The notes beneath the pieces are model-generated. The model searched no databases, had not been told where the DNA came from, and saw only the letters and a program-made list of their open reading frames with translations. Both the position numbers and the translations under genes were made by a program. From an uncultured Gammaproteobacteria bacterium (GTDB lineage: Bacteria; Pseudomonadota; Gammaproteobacteria; Steroidobacterales; UBA11654), in NCBI GenBank assembly GCA_902553145.1, contig CACDKD010000003.1:2168-66167 (forward strand): a DNA stretch of 64,000 nt. Reading direction: 5' to 3'. Positions 8,632-19,151 of the stretch are shown in pieces. Each line of letters starts with the position of its first letter. The stretch's first letter is position 1.

Positions 8632-9900
8632 CTAGTTCTTTTCTAGTGCTCTACTCATCATGTTAGGCAACACCGAGTCATCCCATGACATTTGAGTCGC
8701 TCCAGTTCTCACTAAAACCAATTCTTTTGAAGGAATAATGTAAACTCGTTGTCCTCCGAATCCATCTAAATAAACAATATCAGGATCATCAAATGGCTCA
8801 GAATGAAAGCCTGTGGCGCTGCTCTTGGGATTATAGATACGATTTTCCTGATGCTCGGTTCCGAGCCAAGTGAGATAGCCATAATTTGCATTGGTTTCTG
8901 CCGGAATTTTCATATTTTGGATCCATGACTTTGGCACAATTTGCTTTTGACCCAATTTGCCTTCATTGAGGATCAGTATGCCTATTCTCAACCAATCTCT
9001 TGCAGTTGCATTTAGGCAACAATATGTTCTGGGCATTTTATATTTCTCTGAATCTAGAATAACTGTGGCATCATCCTCTGCTATCTTCTGCCATAGCTTT
9101 TCAGATAAAAGATCTGCATATCTTTTGCCGTAGGCTCGTTGCAGCAATAGACCGAGATTTTGAGGGTTTACACCATTGTATTCAAACACTTCATTTGGTT
9201 TTCGGTAAACCTTTTGCTGAAGCGTCATTTTTGTCACATCTTCCCCAAGCATCAATTGATTAAAATCACTCAAGGGATGGTAAGAGAATCCTGGGTAGTC
9301 AAGCCCACTCGATTGCTGGAGTAGGTGCTTTATGGTTATGAGTCTCCTGGAATCATTCTTCCATTCATCCAAATAGTTTGAAGCAGGCTCATCTATGCTT
9401 TTGATGACACCCTCATCAAGGGCAATACCAACCAACATTGCGAGCACTGTTTTATGCATTGACTGAGTGTCACTGATTGTTTGAGCATCGAAACCATCAA
9501 AATATTTCTCCAGAATGACTTCACCACCGTGATAGATCAAGAGTGCATGTGATCCCATCTCTTTCGAAAATTGTATCGCTGCATCAAGAGACTCTTCGGA
9601 TATATTTTTTGAGGAACCAATGTTTAATGCAAAAGCTTCATTTGCTTTGACAATCTCAAGTTCTCCCGTCGCTTCACCCATCATCATGGATGCAATCCTT
9701 GATACTACTGTCGGATTTTGAATATAGAGGTATCCGATGTAAAGAGATATCAAAACAAGCACAAAGACAAAAGCATTGAAGATGAATTTGAGTAATTTGA
9801 AGAACATGAAAGTATCATATCTTACTTTTTGGATTCCATCATGATGGAAGAAAGGATTGATGCACTTTTCTTTATAAATAAAAGTAATATAATCCTTCAT
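8632..9900 (-). CDS. Beta-lactamase-family serine hydrolase with N-terminal membrane anchor
   Basis: 422 aa. It has an SxxK motif (SMHKT) in a class C/esterase-like context and an N-terminal TM segment. Confidence 0.75.
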   Translation of the reverse strand: MKDYITFIYKEKCINPFFHHDGIQKVRYDTFMFFKLLKFIFNAFVFVLVLISLYIGYLYIQNPTVVSRIASMMMGEATGELEIVKANEAFALNIGSSKNISEESLDAAIQFSKEMGSHALLIYHGGEVILEKYFDGFDAQTISDTQSMHKTVLAMLVGIALDEGVIKSIDEPASNYLDEWKNDSRRLITIKHLLQQSSGLDYPGFSYHPLSDFNQLMLGEDVTKMTLQQKVYRKPNEVFEYNGVNPQNLGLLLQRAYGKRYADLLSEKLWQKIAEDDATVILDSEKYKMPRTYCCLNATARDWLRIGILILNEGKLGQKQIVPKSWIQNMKIPAETNANYGYLTWLGTEHQENRIYNPKSSATGFHSEPFDDPDIVYLDGFGGQRVYIIPSKELVLVRTGATQMSWDDSVLPNMMSRALEKN

Positions 9901-9928
9901 ATAAATAAATAGTTATATAGTTTCCTGC

Positions 9929-10927
9929 ATGACATTAACGCAACTCAAATATCTCATATCTGTTGTTGATAATAAGCTGAACATTAGTAAGGCTGCTGAA
10001 TTTTCAAACACCAGTCAGCCTGGAATTAGCAAGCAGGTTAAGTTGCTCGAAGATGAGCTTGGCGCCTATCTTTTTATCAGGAAGGGTAAAAAAATTGAAT
10101 CACTCACTCCTCTTGGCGAAAGGGTCACAGCCTATGCAAGGAAGATCCTTCAGGATGTTGAAAATATTAAAGTGATTGGCAGCCAGATATCAAAAGTTGA
10201 CGAGGGCGTCATGACCGTTGCTGCAACATCTGCTCAAGCAAGATACGTGCTGCCCGAAGTTATTAAGGTATTTAAAGAAGATTATCCAAAGATTAAATTT
10301 GAACTAAAACTTGGGTCTTCTGAACAAATTATAGAAATGGTAAAAAACAACGAAGTTGATTTTGCGATTGCAACTGACCTCACTGATCTCATGGATGAGC
10401 TCGTTCTTTTGCCTGCGTATCATTGGTTTAACGCAATCATTGCGCCTTTGGATCATCCTCTCAAGAAGCATATGAAAAATCTAACCATTAAAAGAATTGC
10501 CAAGGAACCTCTCGTCACGTATGCATTCAGTGTTGGTCCCGATACCTCATTCACCGAAACCTTTAAGAAAAATAAACTTGAGCCAAATATCGTTTTTGCA
10601 GCCAGAGACGCCGACATTATTAAGACATATGTCAAGATGGGAATGGGAGTTGGGGTTATATCTGGAATGGCTTATGAGTGTGATGACAATGAAGAATTTA
10701 TCGCTATCAGTGGCGAGAATATTTTTCCAAAATGCACCACTTATTTTGGATTTCGACGTGGCATGGTCCTCAGTCGTTACGCGATGAGTTTCATCAACTT
10801 ATTCTCTGAGCATCTCACTCCAAGCGTGGTGAATAATGCCGCATCTACAAAGACTCAAGTGGAGGTTGATAACTTATTTAAAAAGATTAAGCTTCCTGTA
10901 AAAGGCGGGTGTGATCAAATTAAATAA
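9929..10927 (+). CDS. LysR-family transcriptional regulator (CysB/Cbl-like)
   Basis: N-terminal HTH LNISKAAEFSNTSQPGISKQVKLLEDELG, followed by a substrate-binding domain of typical LysR length. Confidence 0.85.
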   Translation: MTLTQLKYLISVVDNKLNISKAAEFSNTSQPGISKQVKLLEDELGAYLFIRKGKKIESLTPLGERVTAYARKILQDVENIKVIGSQISKVDEGVMTVAATSAQARYVLPEVIKVFKEDYPKIKFELKLGSSEQIIEMVKNNEVDFAIATDLTDLMDELVLLPAYHWFNAIIAPLDHPLKKHMKNLTIKRIAKEPLVTYAFSVGPDTSFTETFKKNKLEPNIVFAARDADIIKTYVKMGMGVGVISGMAYECDDNEEFIAISGENIFPKCTTYFGFRRGMVLSRYAMSFINLFSEHLTPSVVNNAASTKTQVEVDNLFKKIKLPVKGGCDQIK

Positions 10928-10939
10928 AAGCATTCAATC

Positions 10940-11824
10940 TTGAGAAATAAAACGACATTGGAAGCCATTGGCTATTTTCTTTTTGCTGTCTTCTTGATGG
11001 CTGTGCTGGATATAATCGCAAAGATTCTGCTTTATGATTACTCAGTTTTTCAATTGACGTTTCTTCGAGGACTATTCTCACTCATTATTCTGGCAATGAT
11101 TGGATTAAAAATCTCTGGGATTAAAGGTTTCAAGACAAAAATACCCGGCTGGCATTTTCTTAGAACTTGTCTGATGTCTTTGTCTTCTTATACCTTTTTT
11201 GCAGCTCTCGCACTCCTGCCATTAGTCAATATCATGGTCATCGTTTTTATTGCACCGATCATTATCACTGCTTTGTCTGGACCTTTGCTAAAAGAAGAAG
11301 TGGGTGTCTGGCGATGGAGTGCAGTTTTAGTAGGCTTCTTTGGAGCTCTAATCATTCTTCAGCCAAGCGCTGAGTTCAGTTCTATAGGAACAATTTACGC
11401 AGTGATAGGAGTTATCACCTATTCTTTGACTGCTTTAACAGCTAGGAAATTATCGGATAGAGAATCTGTATCCAATCTCAGTTTCTATATATTTATTGGA
11501 CCAACACTGCTTGGTGCAATAGGCAGTTACTACAGCTGGATTCCAATCAATTCTTGGGATTTTTTCTTATTCTTTCTAACTGGATTGACAGGAGGACTGG
11601 CATTTATTTTTTTCAACCTTGCGCTTCAGAAAGCCGAAGCATCTCTTCTGACTTCATTTGAATACACGGGCCTAATATGGGCATCGCTCGCGGGATATTT
11701 CATTTTTAACGAGGTTGTGGATTCAAGAGTATGGCTGGGAGCAATTATAATCATCTTTTGTGGGATTATTATTTTATACAGGGAGTCAAGATCGACTAAA
11801 ACAAACGAGAATTCTCTCAGCTAA
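10940..11824 (+). CDS. DMT/EamA-family transporter
   Basis: 294 aa with about 10 hydrophobic helices in a duplicated EamA-like arrangement. TTG start. Confidence 0.8.
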   Translation: MRNKTTLEAIGYFLFAVFLMAVLDIIAKILLYDYSVFQLTFLRGLFSLIILAMIGLKISGIKGFKTKIPGWHFLRTCLMSLSSYTFFAALALLPLVNIMVIVFIAPIIITALSGPLLKEEVGVWRWSAVLVGFFGALIILQPSAEFSSIGTIYAVIGVITYSLTALTARKLSDRESVSNLSFYIFIGPTLLGAIGSYYSWIPINSWDFFLFFLTGLTGGLAFIFFNLALQKAEASLLTSFEYTGLIWASLAGYFIFNEVVDSRVWLGAIIIIFCGIIILYRESRSTKTNENSLS

Positions 11825-11882
11825 AAAGCTATAATTTATTCTTCAGTTCACTCACTTAAAATTTTTACTTCAGAGAAGAATA

Positions 11883-12875
11883 ATGAATCAAAAAAACAAA
11901 GATAAAGCTCTTGAAACAGCAGTCAGTCAGATAGAAAAACAATTTGGTAAGGGATCTCTTATGAAGTTAGGAGATGATTCTGTTGATCAGTCAATAGAGG
12001 CAATCGGTACTGGTTCAATTGGCCTTGATGCTGCTTTGGGAATAGGAGGGTTGCCAAAAGGTCGAGTGGTAGAGATTTATGGCCCTGAATCATCGGGTAA
12101 AACAACACTGACATTGCAAGTCGTCGCTGAATGCCAGAAGGCCGGAGGCACAGCAGCGTTTATTGATGCAGAACATGCGCTTGATCCAATTTATGCTGAA
12201 AAAATTGGTGTAAATACAGAAGAATTTTTGGTTTCTCAACCCGATACAGGTGAACAAGCACTTGAGATTACCGATATGTTGGTTGCGTCAGGTGCAGTTG
12301 ATATGATTGTTATTGACTCAGTTGCTGCACTAACTCCTAGAGCCGAGATTGAAGGTGAGATGGGAGATTCTCACGTTGGTTTGCAGGCAAGATTAATGTC
12401 GCAAGCACTCAGGAAACTGACTGCCAACATAAAGAAATCAAATACAATGGTTATATTCATTAATCAAATCAGAATGAAAATCGGAGTCATGTTTGGAAGT
12501 CCGGAGACGACTTCTGGAGGAAATGCGCTCAAGTTTTACTCATCGGTTAGGTTAGATATCAGAAGAATCGGCGCCATCAAAAAAGGCGATGAAATTGTTG
12601 GCAATCAGACTCGTGTAAAAGTAGTTAAAAATAAAGTATCGCCTCCATTCAGAATTGCAGAATTTGAAATTCTCTACGGTCATGGAATCTCAACTGAGGG
12701 AGAGATTATAGATATGGGAGTAGAAAACAATCTCATAGAGAAATCCGGATCTTGGTATAGCTATAATGGCGATCGAATCGGTCAGGGCAAAGAAAATGTG
12801 AGAGAATTTCTTATTGAAAACCCTAAAATTGCCAAAGAGTTGACTGAAAAGATCAGGCAGATAATGATCGCATAA
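11883..12875 (+). CDS. recA: Recombinase RecA
   Basis: [23 protein letters not shown], Walker [10 protein letters not shown] and the [28 protein letters not shown] block. Confidence 0.98.
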   Translation: MNQKNKDKALETAVSQIEKQFGKGSLMKLGDDSVDQSIEAIGTGSIGLDAALGIGGLPKGRVVEIYGPESSGKTTLTLQVVAECQKAGGTAAFIDAEHALDPIYAEKIGVNTEEFLVSQPDTGEQALEITDMLVASGAVDMIVIDSVAALTPRAEIEGEMGDSHVGLQARLMSQALRKLTANIKKSNTMVIFINQIRMKIGVMFGSPETTSGGNALKFYSSVRLDIRRIGAIKKGDEIVGNQTRVKVVKNKVSPPFRIAEFEILYGHGISTEGEIIDMGVENNLIEKSGSWYSYNGDRIGQGKENVREFLIENPKIAKELTEKIRQIMIA

Positions 12876-12905
12876 AAATAGTTTTCATTTATATCAAGAT
12901 TAACT

Positions 12906-13388
12906 TTGACAGAAAAGATCACCGATCCAGCAAAAACGAGAAAGAAGGCCATGGATTTTCTTGCTCGAAGAGAGCACTCGCGTCTGGAACTCTATCAAAA
13001 GCTTAAACAAAGACAATTCGAACCCGATGTCATTAACTCTGAATTAAGTAAACTACTAGACGAAGGATTGCAGAGCGATGAAAGATTTGCCCAAGCATTT
13101 TTGAGATCCAGAATTGATAAGGGCAAGGGCCCAAATATAATTCTCTCGGAACTATCACAACGAGGCGTCGATGAACTGCTTGCCTCAAATGTGATAGGCA
13201 GCATATCGGAGGAAGAGTGGAACGATCTGGCATACAAGACAATGAATAAAAAGTTGGGGAATGGAGCAGAACTTGATTATGATAAGCAGTTGAAGTTAAT
13301 GAAGTTTTTAAGCAACAGGGGATTTACTCGCAGTCAGATAGAGAAGGCAAAAAATTTACTGAGACAAAAATTTAACAGGATCAAATGA
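12906..13388 (+). CDS. recX: RecA regulator RecX
   Basis: 160 aa, directly after recA. RecX-type helical-repeat sequence (ALDFLARREHSRLEL, RFAQAFLRSR). Confidence 0.85.
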   Translation: MTEKITDPAKTRKKAMDFLARREHSRLELYQKLKQRQFEPDVINSELSKLLDEGLQSDERFAQAFLRSRIDKGKGPNIILSELSQRGVDELLASNVIGSISEEEWNDLAYKTMNKKLGNGAELDYDKQLKLMKFLSNRGFTRSQIEKAKNLLRQKFNRIK

Positions 13389-15976
13389 AAACAAATGAAA
13401 TAAGACAGGCTTTTATTGAATTCTTTGAGTCAAAGAAGCATCAGAGTGTTACAAGTTCTCCTTTGATTCCTGCCAATGATCCAACGCTCTTGTTTACCAA
13501 TGCTGGAATGGTCCAATTTAAGGACATATTTTTAGGAAAAGAAGATCAAGGCTTCACAAAAGCAGTCAGCGCTCAGAGATGTTTAAGGGCAGGCGGTAAA
13601 CACAATGATCTTGAAAATGTTGGCTATACTTCACGTCATCATACTTTCTTTGAGATGCTAGGAAACTTTAGTTTTGGAGATTATTTCAAAGAGGAGGCAA
13701 TCCTTTTGGCATGGAGCTTTATTACCGATGAGCTAAATCTTGAAAAAGATCGTCTCTGGATAACCATTTTTCAAGACGACGATGAGGCAGCAACAATTTG
13801 GCTTGATAAAGTTGGAATATCTGAGGACAGACTTCTTCGATTGGGAGAAGAGTCTAATTTTTGGTCCATGGGTGATACCGGACCATGCGGGCCTTGCAGT
13901 GAAATCTTTTATGATCATGGAGATCACATTGACGGGGGACCTCCCGGAACTTCCAATGAGGATGGTGATCGCTTTGTAGAAATTTGGAATCTTGTTTTTA
14001 TGCAATACGACCGACAAGCAAGTGGTGAGCTGGTGGATTTGCCGAAACCATCCGTTGATACCGGCATGGGTTTAGAAAGGATAGCAGCTGTGATGCAGGG
14101 GGTAAGCAGCAACTATGACATAGATCTATTTAAGAAGCTCATCAATGCGATAAAGAGTCAATCTGAAAAAGGTGAGGAGAGCCATTATCGAGTTATTGCA
14201 GATCATATTCGATCATCTGCTTTCCTTATCATGGATGGTGTTACGCCCGATAATGAGGGAAGAGGCTATGTCCTAAGGAGGATTATCAGAAGGGCATTGA
14301 GACATGGGTATGATTTGAAAATAAATTCCCCATTCTTTTATAAGCTCGTCGAAGTTTTGACAGAAGAAATGGGGCAAACCTACCCCGAGTTGCTTAATAA
14401 AAAAGATTACATAGAGCGAATCATTTTGATGGAAGAAGAGAGATTCGCTGCAACACTCTCGCAAGGAATGACTTTATTGCAGAAAGAATTTGATCGCACA
14501 AATGCCGAATTGATTTCAGGCGAATTTGCATTCAAGTTATATGACACATACGGTTTTCCATTGGACATGACTATTGATATAGCAAGAAGTGTCTCAAGAA
14601 CTATAGATATTGAGGGCTTTGAGAAAGCGATGGAAAAACAAAGGGAAATGGCTAGAAAGGCCAGCAAATTTAAGATTGATGAGTCTTTCAGCCTTGATCA
14701 TGGCTTGAAAAGTGATTTTTATGGATACCAAGATTTGGATACTGAGAGTGAAGTTATAGGTGTCTTTGGAAAAGACGGATCTGATAAGCTTCAAGAAGGC
14801 GAAATTGGACAGGTCATTCTCGATAAAACGCCATTTTATGCGGAAAGCGGGGGACAAGTAGGCGATCAAGGTTCATTTAGTTCAGAAAGTATTAATTTCG
14901 AAGTCTTGGATACTCAGTTTTCTGGCGATGCCTATTCTCATATTGGAACCGTCTCCACGGGTCAAATCAAGGTTGGAGATAAAATTAAAGCTTCCGTAAA
15001 TCCAGTAAGAAGAAAATCAATCACATTGAATCATACCGGTACGCATATGCTTCACAGAGCTCTAATGATGGTTTTGGGCGAGCACGTTCAACAGAGGGGT
15101 TCATTGGTGGACGATGAAAGAATTAGATTCGACTTCTCACATCACCAGTCATTGACATCAAATGAAATTAGAGAAATAGAAACAATTGTGAATGAGAAAA
15201 TTGAAGAGAATATTGATGTTCAAACCAGTATCATGAAACATGACGAGGCTATTAGCTCAGGAGCAATGGCACTCTTCGGAGAGAAATATGGCGAGGATGT
15301 AAGGGTTCTTGACGTCGGAGATTTCTCAAAAGAGTTGTGTGGAGGGACTCATGTCAGCAACACAAATGAAATTGGAATATTTAAAGTCGTTTCTGAGTCA
15401 AGCATATCCTCAGGAACAAGAAGAATAGAGGCCATCACTGGAGACAAAGCTTTGAAATGGGCAAAAGAAACAGAGTATTTGATTGAATCGCTGACGGATT
15501 TATTGCAAACCAGAAGAGAGGATGTTGCGAGCAAAGTAGAGAATTTAGTTGATACGAATAAAAAACTACAAGCTGAAATAAAACAGCTCAAGTCACGGAT
15601 TGCTTCAGGGCAGACATCCGATGAAGATAGCAGTTCCGAGGAAATCAATGGAATTGCCTACTTATATAAAGAACTGGAAAGTGAAACCGAACCAAGTGTG
15701 ATGCGAGGAGCCATAGATCAGTTTAAAAATAAGCTCGAATCAGGAGTAATTGTTCTTTCATCGATCAATAAAAAAGGAAAGGTGACATTTAGCATCGGTG
15801 TTACAGATGATTTAACATCTAAAGTCGAAGCCAGCTCAATCGCAGACATAATTGCTAAAGCACTCAGCGGAAATGGCGGCGGGAAAGCAAATTTTGCTCA
15901 AGCAGGAGGTTCTGATGCTGAAAAAGTACCTGCTGCTCTAGAATCCGTTAAAGAATTTTTGAAAAAAAACTCTTAG
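13385..15976 (+). CDS. alaS: Alanine--tRNA ligase
   Basis: 863 aa. Motifs FTNAGMVQFKD and FFEMLGNFSFGDYFK, and an editing domain with HTGTHML..CGGTHV. ATGA overlap with recX. Confidence 0.98.
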   Translation: MKTNEIRQAFIEFFESKKHQSVTSSPLIPANDPTLLFTNAGMVQFKDIFLGKEDQGFTKAVSAQRCLRAGGKHNDLENVGYTSRHHTFFEMLGNFSFGDYFKEEAILLAWSFITDELNLEKDRLWITIFQDDDEAATIWLDKVGISEDRLLRLGEESNFWSMGDTGPCGPCSEIFYDHGDHIDGGPPGTSNEDGDRFVEIWNLVFMQYDRQASGELVDLPKPSVDTGMGLERIAAVMQGVSSNYDIDLFKKLINAIKSQSEKGEESHYRVIADHIRSSAFLIMDGVTPDNEGRGYVLRRIIRRALRHGYDLKINSPFFYKLVEVLTEEMGQTYPELLNKKDYIERIILMEEERFAATLSQGMTLLQKEFDRTNAELISGEFAFKLYDTYGFPLDMTIDIARSVSRTIDIEGFEKAMEKQREMARKASKFKIDESFSLDHGLKSDFYGYQDLDTESEVIGVFGKDGSDKLQEGEIGQVILDKTPFYAESGGQVGDQGSFSSESINFEVLDTQFSGDAYSHIGTVSTGQIKVGDKIKASVNPVRRKSITLNHTGTHMLHRALMMVLGEHVQQRGSLVDDERIRFDFSHHQSLTSNEIREIETIVNEKIEENIDVQTSIMKHDEAISSGAMALFGEKYGEDVRVLDVGDFSKELCGGTHVSNTNEIGIFKVVSESSISSGTRRIEAITGDKALKWAKETEYLIESLTDLLQTRREDVASKVENLVDTNKKLQAEIKQLKSRIASGQTSDEDSSSEEINGIAYLYKELESETEPSVMRGAIDQFKNKLESGVIVLSSINKKGKVTFSIGVTDDLTSKVEASSIADIIAKALSGNGGGKANFAQAGGSDAEKVPAALESVKEFLKKNS

Positions 15977-16165
15977 AAAACCGCTCCAATAGTTAGATTT
16001 TTTTGAAGGTTCTTTCTTTTTTATCATTTGTAAATCCAACCATTTTATTCCGACGAAAACACTCATAACTTTAGAGATAATATAGTTATGGATTTAAAAT
16101 TTACAGAGTTCTTATTGATTGTTTACAGTATATTTCTGGTTGGTGAAATCGCTCGTTTTTTCTGA

Positions 16166-16882
16166 TTAAGGAGAAACTACCTTCCCCTCCCAGTCTATAC
16201 ATTTACCTGAACTCTCAACACTTAAGGAGTCAATAACCGATGACAATTTTAATACAGAAAAATCTGCAGAAAATATTTTCGAATCTTCTAGATTCTTTTG
16301 AAAAGGTTGAGTCAAAGGACTATCCACTGTACCGGGATGTAGGCCGATAACCACAAGCTTCTTATTGTATCTTCCCAGCTCAATTGAAAAGTTTTTAACC
16401 ATCATATTTAAAGAGGATTTAGAAGCTCTGTAGGAATACCAACCTCCTGTCCTATTATCAGTAATACTTCCCACTCTTGCTGAAAGAAATACAAGAGTAC
16501 ATTTTTCATTTTTCTTTAATTTTTTATAAAAGTTTTTTGCTATTAGTGTAGGGATGAGAGTATTGCTCTCCATGGTTTTCATGAATTGGTTTTCTGAAAA
16601 GTCCTCAATGCGTTTTTCTGGCATGAAATCTTCGTTGTGAAGCATGCCTATGCATATAATAACTTTATCAAAGAAATCATTCTCATAGGTGCTCGCTGCT
16701 CTGGCAAGAGTTTTATCTTTGTAGTCATCAAGAAGAATCTTATCTAAGTTGGAATCACTGGTCTCAAAATCACTCCGTGAGAAAGCATAAACTTGAGATT
16801 CATTTTGATAATGAGCCAACATTGCACTACCTATGGTTCCATTGGCACCAAAAATCGCAATTTTTTTGTTGTTCTCATCCAT
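16166..16882 (-). CDS. Short-chain dehydrogenase/reductase (CsgA/C-factor-like subgroup)
   Basis: Rossmann motif FGANGTIGSA and catalytic YRASK. Confidence 0.8.
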   Translation of the reverse strand: MDENNKKIAIFGANGTIGSAMLAHYQNESQVYAFSRSDFETSDSNLDKILLDDYKDKTLARAASTYENDFFDKVIICIGMLHNEDFMPEKRIEDFSENQFMKTMESNTLIPTLIAKNFYKKLKKNEKCTLVFLSARVGSITDNRTGGWYSYRASKSSLNMMVKNFSIELGRYNKKLVVIGLHPGTVDSPLTQPFQKNLEDSKIFSADFSVLKLSSVIDSLSVESSGKCIDWEGKVVSP

Positions 16883-16938
16883 AGACCATTTCTTCGTAGA
16901 TAATCCATTGAAAGATTTTGAAGTTAAGGTTTATCTAT

Positions 16939-16967
16939 AAAAAAAGCGCCTTTCGGCGCTTTTTTTT
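16939..16967. terminator. Bidirectional rho-independent terminator
   Basis: A7-GCGCC-TTTC-GGCGC-T8, i.e. a perfect 5-bp GC stem flanked by A and T runs. It lies just downstream of the minus-strand gene 16986..17393. Confidence 0.7.
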
Positions 16968-16985
16968 CAAGCATGGTTCTAGCAC

Positions 16986-17393
16986 TTACTTTTTAATCCA
17001 GATTTGTGCCAGTTGCATTAATATCACCGAGCCTAGAAATACCAACTGAATAAGGTTAATTACGGGCGCATCTTTAGTACCAGCAATTAACTCTTCAGCA
17101 GCTACACCTATTTCTATGCCTGAGGCTTTCATTGCAGCAAACGATCCAGCAATATCAGATAAAAGATCACTAAATTGTGCCATATTACCAAATGTGAACA
17201 TTGCAACCGATATGCAGAATAGGGTGGTAAGAACTTTTCCGATCAACATTGTGTCAGGATTATTATAGATATTATTAGTGAACCTAAAGCCGACCCAAAT
17301 TAAAAAGGCACATGCAGCAAAGTACATTGCGTTAGATATTAAGAACACACCCATCAGGTTCCACATTGCCATTATTGCATCAAAATCTTCCAT
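16986..17393 (-). CDS. Hypothetical small membrane protein
   Basis: 135 aa with 3-4 hydrophobic helices. It has its own terminator. I recognise no family. Confidence 0.5.
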   Translation of the reverse strand: MEDFDAIMAMWNLMGVFLISNAMYFAACAFLIWVGFRFTNNIYNNPDTMLIGKVLTTLFCISVAMFTFGNMAQFSDLLSDIAGSFAAMKASGIEIGVAAEELIAGTKDAPVINLIQLVFLGSVILMQLAQIWIKK

Positions 17394-17539
17394 TGAACTC
17401 TCCTTTATTTTCTAGATTATAAAAAAGGAGGGCCATCTCAGGCCCCCCTCAAGTAATAATTAATATAACATTAAAGGATTTTTTAGTCGAAATAAATGAG
17501 CGTTATAATTAAATCTCAACAAAAGAGAAGAGTGAAACA

Positions 17540-18061
17540 ATGAGAAGAATTATTACAGGACATGATAGGGGAAAATCTGTTGTTATGATCGACGGTCCGC
17601 CCTCTAGATCAATTGGCGAAGACGTAGGCGGACTATATGAGATATGGAATACTGATGGAGGTTCAATCAATAGTTGCGACAGCTCTGATCAAGCAGACAT
17701 TGATATTGTTCTCTCTCCAGCAAAAAATGGAACAAAATTTAGATATTTCAAGATCAATCCTACGCCTGAGGGTGTTCCAGTAGAAATGCTAGAAGAGTTA
17801 GCTGCTGATGCATTTAAGAAGATTGGGGCAGAGCATGAAAGAGTCGATACAACCAAGCATCCAACTATGCATAAAACCAAAACGATTGACTACATTATAT
17901 TGCTAGAGGGAGATGTGACATTGTTATTGGATGAAGATGAGGTCAGGCTTAAACCGTTTGATGTTGTCGTCCAGAGAGGCACTAATCATGCATGGCTTAA
18001 TAATGGGACTGACCCGGCTTTATTTATTGCAGTGCTAATTGATGCAGATATAGATGAATAA
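17540..18061 (+). CDS. Cupin-domain protein
   Basis: The C-terminal DYIILLEGDVTLLLDEDEVRLKPFDVVVQRGTNHAW has a cupin_2-like beta-barrel pattern. Confidence 0.65.
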   Translation: MRRIITGHDRGKSVVMIDGPPSRSIGEDVGGLYEIWNTDGGSINSCDSSDQADIDIVLSPAKNGTKFRYFKINPTPEGVPVEMLEELAADAFKKIGAEHERVDTTKHPTMHKTKTIDYIILLEGDVTLLLDEDEVRLKPFDVVVQRGTNHAWLNNGTDPALFIAVLIDADIDE

Positions 18062-18644
18062 TCCGCTTATTCAAATACCTGAAAAATTTCGGGCAAGTCA
18101 TCCTATTCTTTTACAAAAAATAGGTAAATTCTTCCTCACAATTACAGGATGGAAATTTAAAGGAGATATACCAAGAAGCGATCGAATTATTTTGGTGGCA
18201 GGGCCTCATACCTCTAATTGGGATTTTCTTTTGGCCTTGGCATTTATTTTTGGCTTAAATTTAAATATATTTTGGATTGGTAAGCATACTCTATTTAAGA
18301 ACGGCTTCTCAAAGATTATGAGAAAACTAGGAGGAATACCTGTTGACAGAGCGTCGCCAGAATTATTAATGAATGAAGTATCACATATCGTTAAGAAGCA
18401 ACAAGGAGTGATCATAGCTATATCACCTGAGGGCACCAGAAAAAAGGTTGAAAGATTAAAATCTGGCTTTTTAAGAATTGCTAAAACGACAAATAGTCAA
18501 ATTTTGCTTGCCGGGATTGATTTTGAATCTAAATTAATACACCTAGGTAAATTATTTAAGCCTTCTGGTAACACAGAATCTGATTTACTAAATGTCCATA
18601 ACTATTTCAGGCAATTTAAGGGAAAAAGACCTGAATTTTCATAG
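18054..18644 (+). CDS. PlsC-family acyltransferase (1-acyl-sn-glycerol-3-phosphate acyltransferase-like)
   Basis: H(x)4D motif HTSNWD and a PEGTR block. Overlaps the cupin gene by 8 nt. Confidence 0.7.
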   Translation: MNNPLIQIPEKFRASHPILLQKIGKFFLTITGWKFKGDIPRSDRIILVAGPHTSNWDFLLALAFIFGLNLNIFWIGKHTLFKNGFSKIMRKLGGIPVDRASPELLMNEVSHIVKKQQGVIIAISPEGTRKKVERLKSGFLRIAKTTNSQILLAGIDFESKLIHLGKLFKPSGNTESDLLNVHNYFRQFKGKRPEFS

Positions 18645-18704
18645 GAATATTGACACTTTAAGACTAATTACATCTATTCAGATATAATTTATAATTCAAC
18701 ATAA

Positions 18705-18795
18705 GGAGAGGTGGCTGAGTGGCTGAAAGCGCTCCCCTGCTAAGGGAGTATACGTTAATAGCGTATCGAGGGTTCGAATCCCTCTCTCTCCGCCA
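18705..18795 (+). tRNA. tRNA-Ser (anticodon GCU)
   Basis: I folded the cloverleaf by hand. The acceptor is GGAGAGG/TCTCTCC and the anticodon loop CTGCTAA. It has a long variable arm, the T-loop GGTTCGAATCC and an encoded CCA. Confidence 0.95.
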
Positions 18796-18813
18796 GAAAT
18801 TCTAGGAGCAAAT

Positions 18814-19116
18814 ATGAAAAGTTTAGTAATAGCTACTTTCCCAGCGCAAGAAGGCAAACTCGAAGAATTGAAACAACTATTCAGAGATGCCCTTGGAGAC
18901 ACAAGAGCATTTGATGGTTGCATATCGATCGATGTTCATGTCGAGCAAGAAACAGAAACCATCCATCTCATTGAATATTGGGATTCCTTAGATCACTACG
19001 AAGCATACCTTCAATGGAGGATTGAGAACGGCCTCGCTGAATTACTCAATCCAATTCTTGAGGGCGGTTCAGGTGGCCTTAAGATTATTCGATGTGGCGT
19101 AAAAGAGGATATTTGA
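18814..19116 (+). CDS. ABM (antibiotic biosynthesis monooxygenase-like) domain protein
   Basis: 100 aa with a ferredoxin-like ABM pattern (EYWDSLDHYEAYLQWR). Confidence 0.65.
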   Translation: MKSLVIATFPAQEGKLEELKQLFRDALGDTRAFDGCISIDVHVEQETETIHLIEYWDSLDHYEAYLQWRIENGLAELLNPILEGGSGGLKIIRCGVKEDI

Positions 19117-19151
19117 TTCACTCAAATTCAGGGAAAATATTATCCCATTAA

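Noticed and set aside
11825-11882. I looked for a LexA SOS box (CTGT-N8-ACAG) upstream of recA.
   Set aside because: No CTGT...ACAG element is present in the 58-nt intergenic region. Absence in such a short region is weak evidence either way, so I do not report it as a feature or finding.
16088-16165. A 25-codon hydrophobic mini-ORF (MDLKFTEFLLIVYSIFLVGEIARFF) after alaS.
   Set aside because: It has no convincing ribosome-binding site, lies in AT-rich DNA where such ORFs arise by chance, and abuts the stop of the convergent SDR gene. I have no evidence for expression.
17434-17456. An imperfect GC-rich hairpin (GGAGGGCC-ATCTCA-GGCCCCCCTC) lies between the divergent genes 16986..17393 and 17540..18061.
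   Set aside because: The stem is imperfect, with a C-run bulge. It lies upstream of both genes, so it is not in a terminator position. I saw no repeat copies elsewhere in the window.
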